From a virus (Duplodnaviria; Caudoviricetes): a stretch of 26,551 bases of DNA. The translations under genes were made by a program, and so were the position numbers. The notes below the pieces were generated by a model that saw nothing but the letters and a program-made list of their open reading frames with translations, searched no databases and had not been told where the DNA came from. Shown here piece by piece: positions 1 to 9,500 of this stretch (within the stretch, counting starts at the first letter, position 1; the number at the start of each line of letters is the position of its first letter). The stretch covers positions 1-26,551 of the IMG/VR virus record IMGVR_UViG_3300020045_002813. The stretch is one strand, 5' to 3'.

Positions 1-35
1 ATGGCATCGTATGAAGTGTATGTCGTTACGACCAT
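1..35 (-). CDS. 5' start of a gene (MVVTTYTSYDA...), possibly a head-tail adaptor; appears inverted relative to the late operon
   Basis: The minus strand reads ...CAGGAATGA-TTAAAGAGGTATTTTA-ATG GTC GTA ACG ACA TAC ACT TCA TAC GAT GCC: an upstream stop (54-52), SD GAGGT (46-42) and ATG (35-33), running off the window edge. The product call is inference. Confidence 0.4.
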   Translation of the reverse strand, partial: MVVTTYTSYDA

Positions 36-65
36 TAAAATACCTCTTTAATCATTCCTGCCTGA

Positions 66-176
66 TGTTGTGAAGCTACTGTTACAACTGTAAAGCCTGG
101 AGATACTATTGGATCTTACAAAGTGAGATCAGTAGCTGATCGTTCAACCTTCTGGACTATTCATGGGAGGAAGTGA
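66..176 (+). CDS. 3' fragment of a head-tail joining/neck gene (..EATVTTVKPGDTIGSYKVRSVADRSTFWTIHGRK*)
   Basis: Open frame ending in TGA at 174-176, overlapping the next ATG (TGATG). There is an in-frame TGA at 63-65, so the 5' part is missing. Position just upstream of an HK97 gp10-like gene. Confidence 0.5.
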   Translation, partial: CCEATVTTVKPGDTIGSYKVRSVADRSTFWTIHGRK

Positions 177-709
177 TGGGTAAGTGGGAAGTGAAATTAG
201 GCGAGGATATGTTTAAGAGATTTCAAGCACTTCCGTCTGATGTCTCCAGAGCTATAGCTGGTCAGATCTACGAAGTGTTTGAAGACATGGTAAAAGGTGC
301 TCCCCAATATTCTGGTAACTTCGTAGCCCACATGAATATAACTGCTGGTTCTAAAAAATCAGTCACTAAGATTGGAGCTTTGCCAATCCCAGACTCACCA
401 GAAGAAGCCATGAGAAAAGGCAACGATCCTGCCGTAAGAATAGCTCTAGGCAACGCTAAGAATTTTATAAAAAATGCTACAAGAACTCTTAGCAGTGGAG
501 GTTCATGGCACTTACCTCCTACAGTCACTATCTATAATGAGCTTGATTATGCAGAAGCCGTTGAAGAACTTGATGATAAAGAACTCCGAGCTGTAAACAG
601 TGGTGGTGCTCACCCTATAACAAAAGCAGAAGCAGAGATGCAATCAAGAGCACTTGATATTTTATTGTATGGATCTCCTGAGTTTGAGAGGTTAAAAAAT
701 CTGGCATGA
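176..709 (+). CDS. HK97 gp10-like neck/tail-completion protein
   Basis: About 177 aa with 'PQYSGNFVAHMNI' (like P.DTG.....W) and 'VTIYNELDYAEAVE' (like I.N...YA..LE) motifs. SD GGAGG upstream; ATG at 176 coupled to the previous stop; synteny. Confidence 0.65.
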   Translation: MGKWEVKLGEDMFKRFQALPSDVSRAIAGQIYEVFEDMVKGAPQYSGNFVAHMNITAGSKKSVTKIGALPIPDSPEEAMRKGNDPAVRIALGNAKNFIKNATRTLSSGGSWHLPPTVTIYNELDYAEAVEELDDKELRAVNSGGAHPITKAEAEMQSRALDILLYGSPEFERLKNLA

Positions 710-1119
710 CCCCATACGAAACAACTCGCCAAGCTATAATGACTTTTGTAAAAGCATTTCACGATGCAAATTATCCAACAACTGAAGTTAACTATCCTAA
801 GAAGTTCATTACTGACGTTGAGAACTCAACCTCTCCTTTCGTGACTGTAGAGCTTTCCATGAAGTCCAAGACCATGTGTCTTAACCCAAGGAAGGATCTG
901 GAAGTCTCAGGGGAGCTTATACTTATTTTATACTCCAGAGCTGGTTCTGGTGAAAAACTATTTACTACCTATAGCGATTTGTTGTATACTTACTTCGGGT
1001 ATAAGACTTTAGGCAGTATAAACTTTTACGGCGTGTTGCCGTATGACAGGTCTGGGATACCAGGATTTGATGGCGTGATCAATTACATCAAGTTTGATAC
1101 AGACTATTTTAATATTTAA
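706..1119 (+). CDS. Tail terminator protein
   Basis: 137 aa, ATGA-coupled, immediately before the major tail protein; 'SGELILILYSRAGSGE' resembles the G.....++...G.G motif of terminators. Confidence 0.6.
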   Translation: MTPYETTRQAIMTFVKAFHDANYPTTEVNYPKKFITDVENSTSPFVTVELSMKSKTMCLNPRKDLEVSGELILILYSRAGSGEKLFTTYSDLLYTYFGYKTLGSINFYGVLPYDRSGIPGFDGVINYIKFDTDYFNI

Positions 1120-1130
1120 AGGAGAATAAA

Positions 1131-2339
1131 ATGCCTGCTAGTTCATCAAATGGTGTGTTTCGTTACTTGCTTGAGACTACTACTGGCGAGATAGAAACTG
1201 GAAATCCCCAGGTCTACCGTGTCACAGGTGGCACTCTTGCTCAAACTACAACTTCAACCGAGGACAACGAACTTCGATCAGACCGTGGACGAGGTGACTC
1301 TGTTCTTGTTTCCGGCTCTGTTGGTGGTCCGTTGAACATCAACCTTAGCCACAAGACTCACAATGATTTCTTGTCAGCATTGCTCGCTGACGAGCCTACC
1401 CCTGCCTCTACTAATGGTATCAAAACTATTAGTGATATGGCATTTAATGCAACCACTCACACTATTAGTTCTGCTACTACTTTGCTGCCTGTTCTTGAGA
1501 AAGGTCAATGGTTTCAGATCCTTGGTGCCACTGATGCTGGCAACAACGGAATTTATAGAGCGAGCCTGACTACTGCTCCTACTTCTGGTGCTATTGTTGT
1601 TGAGGTTGCTGTTAAAGACGTTGCTGTTACCGCCACTGCCCACTCCTGTACTATTTCTTCTACTCGATTCAAACAAGGTAATGACGCTCCCAAGACCTAT
1701 ACTATTGAACGTGAATTATCTGATGTCGGTAAGTTCTTTACCTGGGCAGGATGTCACGTTTCTTCTCTTAATCTTTCTTTCAGTCCTACTGAGAAAGTCA
1801 CAGGAACTTTCAACTTCCTCGGACAGGTATCTGAAGTACACGGTGACGCTTCTCTGTTCCCTGGAATTGCCTCTGCTGTTGCTGCTCCTACAACCCCTCA
1901 GTTTAACTCTGTAACTGGGTGCCACGTTTTGCTCGATAGCACAGACCTTGGCTCTTCCTGTGCTGCAAGTTTTTCAATTGATATTAACGCTAACCTTCGT
2001 GAGCGTAGATGTCTTAGTGGTGGACTTGCTGCGTCTAGTATTGGTTACGATCAATTTTCTGTGTCTGGAACACTGTCTATTTTCTTCGGATCAGCATCAA
2101 GCTCTACATTCTATAATAAGAACCTGAGTGACCTTCCTTTTACGTTTGCTATTGCTTGCACTGATAGCGCAGGAAATGCCTTTTGCTTAAACGTATATCG
2201 TGCAAAAATTACTAGTTGTAGTGTGGACGGTGGGAGCCTCGGAAGTGACTGTATGATGTCAGTTACTTTTAGTGCATCTACTGATTCAACAATAACTAAT
2301 TCCCTAATTGCTATTGATGTTGTAGGTAGCACCGCTTAA
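1131..2339 (+). CDS. Major tail tube protein, with an inserted beta-rich domain at about aa 90-175
   Basis: 402 aa, Ser/Thr/Gly-rich; 'EDNELRSDR', 'YTIERELSD', 'VSSLNLSF..VTGTFNFLG', 'FSIDINANLR', 'VSGTLSIFF'. Strong SD AAGGAG; followed by terminators. Confidence 0.85.
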   Translation: MPASSSNGVFRYLLETTTGEIETGNPQVYRVTGGTLAQTTTSTEDNELRSDRGRGDSVLVSGSVGGPLNINLSHKTHNDFLSALLADEPTPASTNGIKTISDMAFNATTHTISSATTLLPVLEKGQWFQILGATDAGNNGIYRASLTTAPTSGAIVVEVAVKDVAVTATAHSCTISSTRFKQGNDAPKTYTIERELSDVGKFFTWAGCHVSSLNLSFSPTEKVTGTFNFLGQVSEVHGDASLFPGIASAVAAPTTPQFNSVTGCHVLLDSTDLGSSCAASFSIDINANLRERRCLSGGLAASSIGYDQFSVSGTLSIFFGSASSSTFYNKNLSDLPFTFAIACTDSAGNAFCLNVYRAKITSCSVDGGSLGSDCMMSVTFSASTDSTITNSLIAIDVVGSTA

Positions 2340-2352
2340 TTAGCCTCAAGAG

Positions 2353-2379
2353 AGAGGGTTTGTTAATTACAAACCCTCT
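2353..2379. terminator. Stem-loop after the major tail gene (possible bidirectional terminator or mRNA-stability hairpin)
   Basis: AGAGGGTTTGT-TAATT-ACAAACCCTCT, a perfect 11-bp stem between convergent genes; weak U tract. Confidence 0.55.
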
Positions 2380-2432
2380 GCTTATTAAGCTAAGTCCTCA
2401 TACTTCACAAATCCCTTCGCCCACTCTACTAT

Positions 2433-2456
2433 AAAGTAACTTTATAAAGTTACTTT
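2433..2456. promoter_or_regulatory. Doubled AAAGTNACTTT site (24-bp perfect palindrome)
   Basis: AAAGTAACTTT-AT-AAAGTTACTTT; the same unit recurs at least 11 times in the window. Confidence 0.7.
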
Positions 2457-2638
2457 CAAGCCTGACGAGGACTCTCTTCGTCAGGCTTTTTGTATTCAAA
2501 CAGCCTGTAGCTATCTATAAGTATTCGAATCATTTCACTTTTTGACACGCCCAATCGAGCACAACTAGCTTCCAGCTTCGCTAGATAGAATTCTGGAAGT
2601 GTTATCATCACAGCTTTTTTATTAGGCTTTATAGTCAT
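2456..2638 (-). CDS. Ribbon-helix-helix (CopG/Arc/MetJ-like) DNA-binding protein
   Basis: 60 aa 'KKAVMITLPEFYLAKLEASCARLGVSKSEMIRILIDSY' fits the RHH pattern (alternating beta strand, L..L...A...G.S.S..IR..I). SD AAAGGAG and its own promoter. Confidence 0.8.
   Translation of the reverse strand: MTIKPNKKAVMITLPEFYLAKLEASCARLGVSKSEMIRILIDSYRLFEYKKPDEESPRQA
2460..2491 (+). terminator. Rho-independent terminator on the + strand, overlapping the 3' end of the antisense RHH gene
   Basis: GCCTGACGAGGA-CTC-TCTTCGTCAGGC (one G.U pair) followed by TTTTT. Confidence 0.75.
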
Positions 2639-2682
2639 ATCACTTTCTCCTTTACAAGACTTTATTAATGAGTTATATATTG

Positions 2683-2711
2683 AATATACAGGCTTGTTAT
2701 ATATTAGTCAA
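2683..2711 (-). promoter_or_regulatory. Sigma70-type promoter for the RHH gene
   Basis: Minus strand TTGACT (2711-2706), 17 nt, TATATT (2688-2683). GTTATATATT direct repeats lie at 2672-2681 and 2696-2705. Confidence 0.65.
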
Positions 2712-2733
2712 ATACTTTATAAAGGAGTGAGAG

Positions 2734-3159
2734 ATGGATCTTAAAAAGGTTTATGGATTTTCGAAGAAACTGGCTGAGGGTGGAGCACGTATGGTCATCG
2801 GACCTGACGAGGAGAACGACTTCCTTCTGGTTCGTCGTATCCCAAACGATTCTTACAAAGCTCGGATGAGTGTTGTCATGATGGCTAACAAGAAGCAACT
2901 TGACATCCTCAAGGCTCAAGACGAGAAAGCACATGCTGCGAAAGACGCTGAGATATTCTGTGAAGTCCTGGCCGATACTGTACTCATTGGCTGGGGTGCC
3001 GGGATTACTGAAGGTGGGGAATCTATCCCCTACTCAACAGAAGCTGCTAAGAATCTCCTCCTGAGTTACCCTGAATTCCGAAGCGACATCGTTGACTTCG
3101 CTACCTCAAAGTCAAACTATCCCCTCGAACCGGATGTGGATGATATAAAAAAGAATTAA
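2734..3159 (+). CDS. Tail assembly chaperone (lambda gpG-like)
   Basis: 141 aa between the tail tube and tape measure genes; 'LADTVLIGW.G....GESIPYSTEAAKNLL..YPEF' motif; ends in slippery A AAA AAG. Confidence 0.85.
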   Translation: MDLKKVYGFSKKLAEGGARMVIGPDEENDFLLVRRIPNDSYKARMSVVMMANKKQLDILKAQDEKAHAAKDAEIFCEVLADTVLIGWGAGITEGGESIPYSTEAAKNLLLSYPEFRSDIVDFATSKSNYPLEPDVDDIKKN

Positions 3160-3515
3160 GCCGATATTTAGAGTGGGAACTTGAGTGGGGAGCACAACTC
3201 CCCACCCTTCTTCAGTACCAGGAACAATTCGGCAAGACTCCGCAAGCCCTCTACGACAGACCAACTATCTTCTTTTATTACACGGAGATATACAGGCACT
3301 TCCTCGTTTTATCATCTTCAAGATCTCACTACACAGAATCCATCCCTACCAAAGGCTTCGGGACACAGACTTTCCGAAGACCTAATCCAATTGACATCAC
3401 AGCAATTCTCAGCTACAATAGGCACATAGCAAAGATTCTTAGTGCCGAGGACTTCCTTGATATTATCCAAACCCTCGACACTTTATATTTAAGAAACTCT
3501 TTTAAAAAGAGGTAG
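3147..3515 (+). CDS. -1 frameshift extension of the tail assembly chaperone (gpGT-like), absent from the ORF track
   Basis: Heptamer A AAA AAG at 3147-3153. The -1 frame is open for 120 codons (ELSRYLEWELEWGAQLPTLL...HFLVLSSSR...PNPIDITAILSY...LDTLYLRNSFKKR) to TAG at 3513-3515, 3 nt before the tape measure ATG. Confidence 0.85.
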   Translation, partial: KKELSRYLEWELEWGAQLPTLLQYQEQFGKTPQALYDRPTIFFYYTEIYRHFLVLSSSRSHYTESIPTKGFGTQTFRRPNPIDITAILSYNRHIAKILSAEDFLDIIQTLDTLYLRNSFKKR

Positions 3516-3518
3516 AGA

Positions 3519-6500
3519 ATGGCTGTTCAAGTACAAATAAATACTCAGCAAGCCCAGCAACAAGTAAACGCTCTGACTGCTGCTTTTCAACAATTGCGTA
3601 CTGGGGCAACTGGTTTGCAGACTGGGTTCAATCAACTCACTACAGTAAATGCTACTTTAACAGCACAACACAAAAATTTAACAACAACTGCTAGTGCTGC
3701 TGCTAAGTCATTAACTTCTTTGACTACAGCAATGCAAAATAATAAGACAACACTAACACAAAATACAAACTCATTAAACACTAATACTGCTGCTAATGCT
3801 AAAAATACTGCTAGTATAAGAAACAACCAAGCTGCTGTTGCAAGTCTTACTGCCAGTTTTGCAAAACTGACTCCTATGATTACTGCTTTGTCCACTACCA
3901 TAGCAGCAGCTAACGCAGCATTAACAGCTCAGACAGCTATTATAACTTCAAATGCTGGAGCTACTACCAGAGCAGCAGCTAGTGCTGGAGTAATGACTCA
4001 ATCTATGAGATCACTTCACGCAGCAGCCAGAGGAGCTTCTGGTGCTATGGGGAGTTTGTGGCTTACTTATGGGCAGACTATATTACCGATGGTTACTGCC
4101 TTTGCTGCCGTTGGATCTGCCATGCAGATATTTAAGAAGGGGACTGAGTTTGAATGGCTGAATACGTTCTCCTCATCCTTATCAGAAGGGGCTGTCTCTG
4201 CTGGTAAGTTAAATGAAAAACTTTTAGAAATGAAAGGAGTAGGGCAGACTCCTACCCAGTTAGCTAAAGGTTTCCTGGAACTACAGAAAGCAGGGCAAAG
4301 CGTAAGTGCGTCTTTAGAAAATATAGGAACAGTAAGTAAGTATTCAGCAGTTGCTCAGTTAGATTTAGGTCAGGCCACAGAACAGTTAGTAACTATAACC
4401 ACAGCTTTTGAGAAAACTTCTAAAGGTGCTGCTGGTGGTATGTTAACTGTAGCTGATACTGCTGATATTGTTGCGTACTCTGCTCAGAAGTCTACTGCCT
4501 CTTTCTCTGATATGCAAGTAGCTTTCAGATATATGACAGGTACTGCCAGTACAGCAGGGTTCTCGATACAAGAAGTAGCTTCTGCTTTGATGGTTATGGC
4601 TAATCACGGTCTTAAAGGGTCTATGGGAGCAACCAGTCTTAGGACTGCCTTTGAAAGATTGATAAACCCAACACATAAAGCCTCTGAATTATTTAAGGCT
4701 GCCGGAGGAAATTTATCTGCTATTTATGAAGATGGGCAGTTCCAAGGAATACAAAGTATAGGTAAAGAATTAGAAAGATTAAAAAACACGATGAGTGCTA
4801 GATCTTGGTCTGAGTTCTCTTTTCAGACTTTTGGAATGCGTGGTATGCAGGTAAACGCACTCGTAACAGATATTGCTAATTTAGATAAAAATCTGAAGAA
4901 CATAGCCGAATCAGCAGGGTTTGTAGATAGAACTTTCAGTCAGTTATCAGATACTACAAAAATGAAAATGACTGAGCTTGCTGCTTCTTTCGAAAGAGCT
5001 TTTATTAAAGCGTTTGAAGGAGAGAAAGCTAGGGAAGTTATTAATGATCTCAATAGAGTTATTTCTGATCAAGGTTTTGCAACCTCTCTCGAACATATAG
5101 CTACAGGTGCTTTTGGTTTAACCAAGTCCTTTGTTTGGATGGCTGATAAACTTTTGAGCTTGCCCACTTGGGTACTTGAGGGAGGTGTAATAAGCGCATT
5201 CTTCTTTGGTATGGCTGGTAAGTTGGTCATAGCTGGATTATTGGCCGCTGCTACTGCTATAGATGATGTTATTAATAAGATGAACGAGGCGGAAGCTACT
5301 TACAAGAAAAACACCGAGATAGGCGGAGAGCAGTACGCTAAATTGAATAAGCAGTTGTTAGAAACAGAGACAAGAATAGCAGCTATAAAATCCCAACAAT
5401 CAGACACATCTATAGCTGGGAGTTTGGCAGGCGATATGTCTGGTGAGCTGGCTAAGGAGTTGAAAAATCTTGATTATATAAAATCTCAAATAGAGAATTA
5501 CAAAATAACTACTAAGTCAACCACAGCAGATGGCTCAAATTCTAATGCTCTAAAGTCACTTTCAGACTTCCACGATAAGAAAGAGCTGCTTGAGGAGCAG
5601 TCATATATAGACTCTGTTAAGCGAGAGCAAGCTAGAACAGCCAAAGACATAGTAATGGTTAATGAGAGGGAAGAGAACAAGAAGAAGAAAGCCGAGGATT
5701 CACATACAAAGCTAATGAATCTTACTTCAGAACTAGAAACATTTAATGCTAACTCTGATAACAAAACTCTAGGTACAAGATTAGAAAATATAAGTAAGTA
5801 CGAAAATGCCCAAGAGTTATTTATAAAAAATTCCAGCGCAACTGAAGCGGAGAAAGAGAAAGCTCTCTTAGAGTTGCATAAGAAAACTACTACTCAGATT
5901 CAACAAGCCAACGAAGAACAAGCAAAGAAAGATGAAGATAAAGCATCAAAAAGATTACTGCTTGAAGAAAAACTTAATTCTGAAATAGGTCTTTCAGATG
6001 ATATAAGATTAGCTAGAAAGTTAAGTAAACTAGATGAGGAATATTATAAAACTGTAGAAACAATAAAGAAAACTTATGACGCTGAGAAAGAGTCCTATGA
6101 GCTTGAAGAAGCTATGGACAAAGCATTTCATGATAATGCTATTCAGCGTGGTGAGTTGATGACTCAACAGCGTATAAAAGAAGCTGACGCTATAAGAGAC
6201 TTCAATACAGAACTCAGAGAAATGGCTTCTGACGCTGGAGTTGGTGGACTTTCTGAGTTGGATAAAGAGTTAGCAGATATTCAAGACAAGTTTGATAAGA
6301 TGCTTGGTAAACTCAAGAAAGATGGAGTTTCTGGCGAAGAGTTTGATGAAGCTGCTAAACAAGCAGCCAAGTTAAGAAAAGAGATGGAGGATATTGCCAA
6401 AGCCAAACTAGGCGACGACATCTTCGCAGGTTTCATAGCTGGTCTTAAAGAATCTCAACGTGAAGCTATAACTCTTGGCAAGATAGGTGCTGAATTAGGT

Positions 6501-9500
6501 AGAACTTTCACCAGCGAATTAGCTACAACCTTCAAGGATATATTCACAGGAAGTAACGAGAACAAGTACGCTGATGAGATGGTTACTATCTCAGAGAAAA
6601 TAAAACAGATGCAGTATGAGTCTTTAGAGGGTGGGCTTGCACAACTCGAGTGGTTGCGTAAAGAGTATGATGCTTCTCTTGAAGGTGCAATGTCTGGTAA
6701 CGAAGATATGTTCCAGCAATACACTTCCAACCTTGACGAATATCTAGCTAAAGCTAAAGAGAACATGTCTCCAGAGGAGTATGCAGAAGTCTATGCTAAA
6801 ACTATGGATGACCTTAACAAACTCAATGAGGAATACGCTGATAATACTGAATCCACATGGGAACGTATAAGCGACTCTTTCGGAGATATGGCTGATCGTA
6901 TCCTCGATAAGTTCATGGATATGATAGCTCAAATGGCTGCTCAGGATTTGATGAACATTGTTTTAGACTCTACTCCTGGAGTGACAACTAGCGGTGGGAA
7001 CTCAACAACTAACACTATAACATCGGCTATAAACAGCATAGACTGGAGCTGGTTGAGTGATAGTTCTAGCTCAGGCATGGACTCAACATGGGGGGATAAC
7101 GGTGATTATACCTTTGCTGATGGTGGAGTTACTGGTTACGGAAAACTTCAAGGTGGGTCAGGAACTACTGATGATCTTTATCTTGGGAAAGTGAATGGTA
7201 AGAGAGTCTTAGCCAAAGGTGGAGAGTACATCATGCCGCCAGAGCAGACTAATAAATACTTACCTATGCTTGAGCAGATGCGAACAGGTGCAGCTTTAGC
7301 GTTTGCTGATGGGGGTATGACTTCCAGTAGACGTGCGACATCTTCTGGTAATATGTCACTTGAAGACTTGATTTCGTTGTTCCGGCAACTGTCTGAGAAC
7401 GGTTTTATGTCTGTTGATGCTATGAGAGAGTTGACCAAGACAACTCATCAGGTAACAGACGCCAACAGTAGAGAAACAGAAGTTAAAGACAAATCTCTAC
7501 AAACTACTCAAGCATCTACTCAAGCAATACAATCATCTACTCAAGTTTCAAAAACACACACGCAAACCACTAAAAGTTTTGCACAATCTGTTGAAGATGC
7601 TACAACTAAAACGTTTAACTCCATAGCTACAAGTAAGGCTTTAGGATTAGCAATAGGAGCATTAGCTTCTGCTACAAGCCCTGTTATAGGTATTCTTGGT
7701 ATACTTGGATATAACATGGCTAAGGACACTGAGCTTGGAAAAGAGCTTGGAAAGGCTTTTGGATCTCTTGGAGAAGTTGTTGGTGACTTGGTGGGAGGGG
7801 TTGTTGGAGCTGTAGCTGAAATAGGAAGTGCTGTAGCTGATATGGTGGGATTCGCAGGAGCTGCGCAAGAAGCCTCTCAGTCTATGGGGTTTGCTCAATT
7901 TGATTATGATGCGTCTGAGTTTTCCACAGACTACTCATATGGTTATTTAGATAATAGTTGGTCCCCCGGCATGAATCCTGATAATAATGCCCATGGTATG
8001 CTTGGAGATCCTGATATAGATTCAAGGGATAGAACTGATGATACAACTCCCGGAGGATTACTTGGAGATTGGGGAGGGGGAAACGAAAACGATAACGATC
8101 AGGATAGTGGTAATGCCAAGGGGGGCTGGCTAGGTAAATACGGATCTGGTTGGATAAATCAAGGTAACGGCTATGAAGACGATGTATATCTTGGAACTAT
8201 GGGCAACACCAATTCTTATGGAATGGGCGGTGAATTTGTAGTTAATAAACGCTCCGCTGCTAAGTATGCTGGTTTGCTTGAGATGGTGAACAAAGACTAT
8301 GCTGATGGTGGTACTATTGGACCTTCATACTTGGAAGCTAGCGTATTAGCAGGGTCTGCTCTATCTCAATACAATAGCCAAATCACAGTTATAACAGATG
8401 ACATGGAGGATAATCTCAGGGACATTGCTAAGATAACCGAAGATGTCATTTATACTTTTATAACTGAGACAATGGACGATCTGACTAAAGAGATCTTCGA
8501 CCTTAACAAATCTTACGACGAACAGGTAAAAGAACTTAAAGACTTAGAGGCTGCTGAATCTGATTATGCCCTAGTTGAACAAGCAAGGAATCTTGAGCTT
8601 AATAAAATACAAGAAGAGTACAACAAAGAGCAACTAGAAACTGCTAAAGAAATGGCTGATGAATTAGCTGATATGATGTACGATATTCGCTATGACTTGC
8701 GTGTAGGAACTTTAGAAGATTTTCAACAATCCATACAAGGTATATGGGAAACACAGAAAGAGACAGTAGCTAAGTTAAAAGAACTTGGAGCTTCGTTTGA
8801 AGAAATAAGAGAAGCTGTAAGTCTTACTTGGAGAAAGATAAACGAAGAATTATTACAACAGGCTAAGGATGAATTAACGGACGCAACCCAAGTATTAAAA
8901 GACGCTTTCTCAGCAGAGAAGGACTCCATAACTACTCGCTACGAGGAAGTTATGAAAGGACTTAACGAACAGCTCTCTCTGGCGAACGAGAAAGTATCTG
9001 AACTTGAGGGTATAATATCGGCACTTGACAGTGCTCTCGATACCTTAAAAGGTTCCGATGTACTACAAGAAAATACTTTTAGAACAGCACAAGCTGATCT
9101 TAGACGTAGAGGTCTGTCTGGTGATATTTCTGAAGGACTTGATAAAACTCTTTCAGAAGCAGTAAAATTTAGCACAGATTATTATTCAACTGGAGCAGAC
9201 TATAAAATAGCTTTGAAGAAATCTGTAGGGTTTACTGAGAACTTAAAAGATTTGGCAACTGAACAATTAACAACAGCCGAAGCTCAAGTAGCAACAATTG
9301 AGGCACAAATAGAGATGGAAGAAGCCAGCTATAATGCAATGATAGCTTCTCTTGATTCTCAATTAAACTCATTGCTTGGTATTGAGACTACTGTCATGTC
9401 AATAGCTGATGCCATAGCTATGTATAACAAAGCATCTGCTGCTGTTAGTGCCGTTGCTGGTTCTGGTGGAGGCGGTACAACGTTTAATACTTCTGATTAT

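Noticed and set aside
3181-3429. ORF-track entries 3181..3429 and 3185..3385
   Set aside because: Wrong frames; the -1 frame from the slippery site (3147-3515) fills the gap exactly and looks like gpT.
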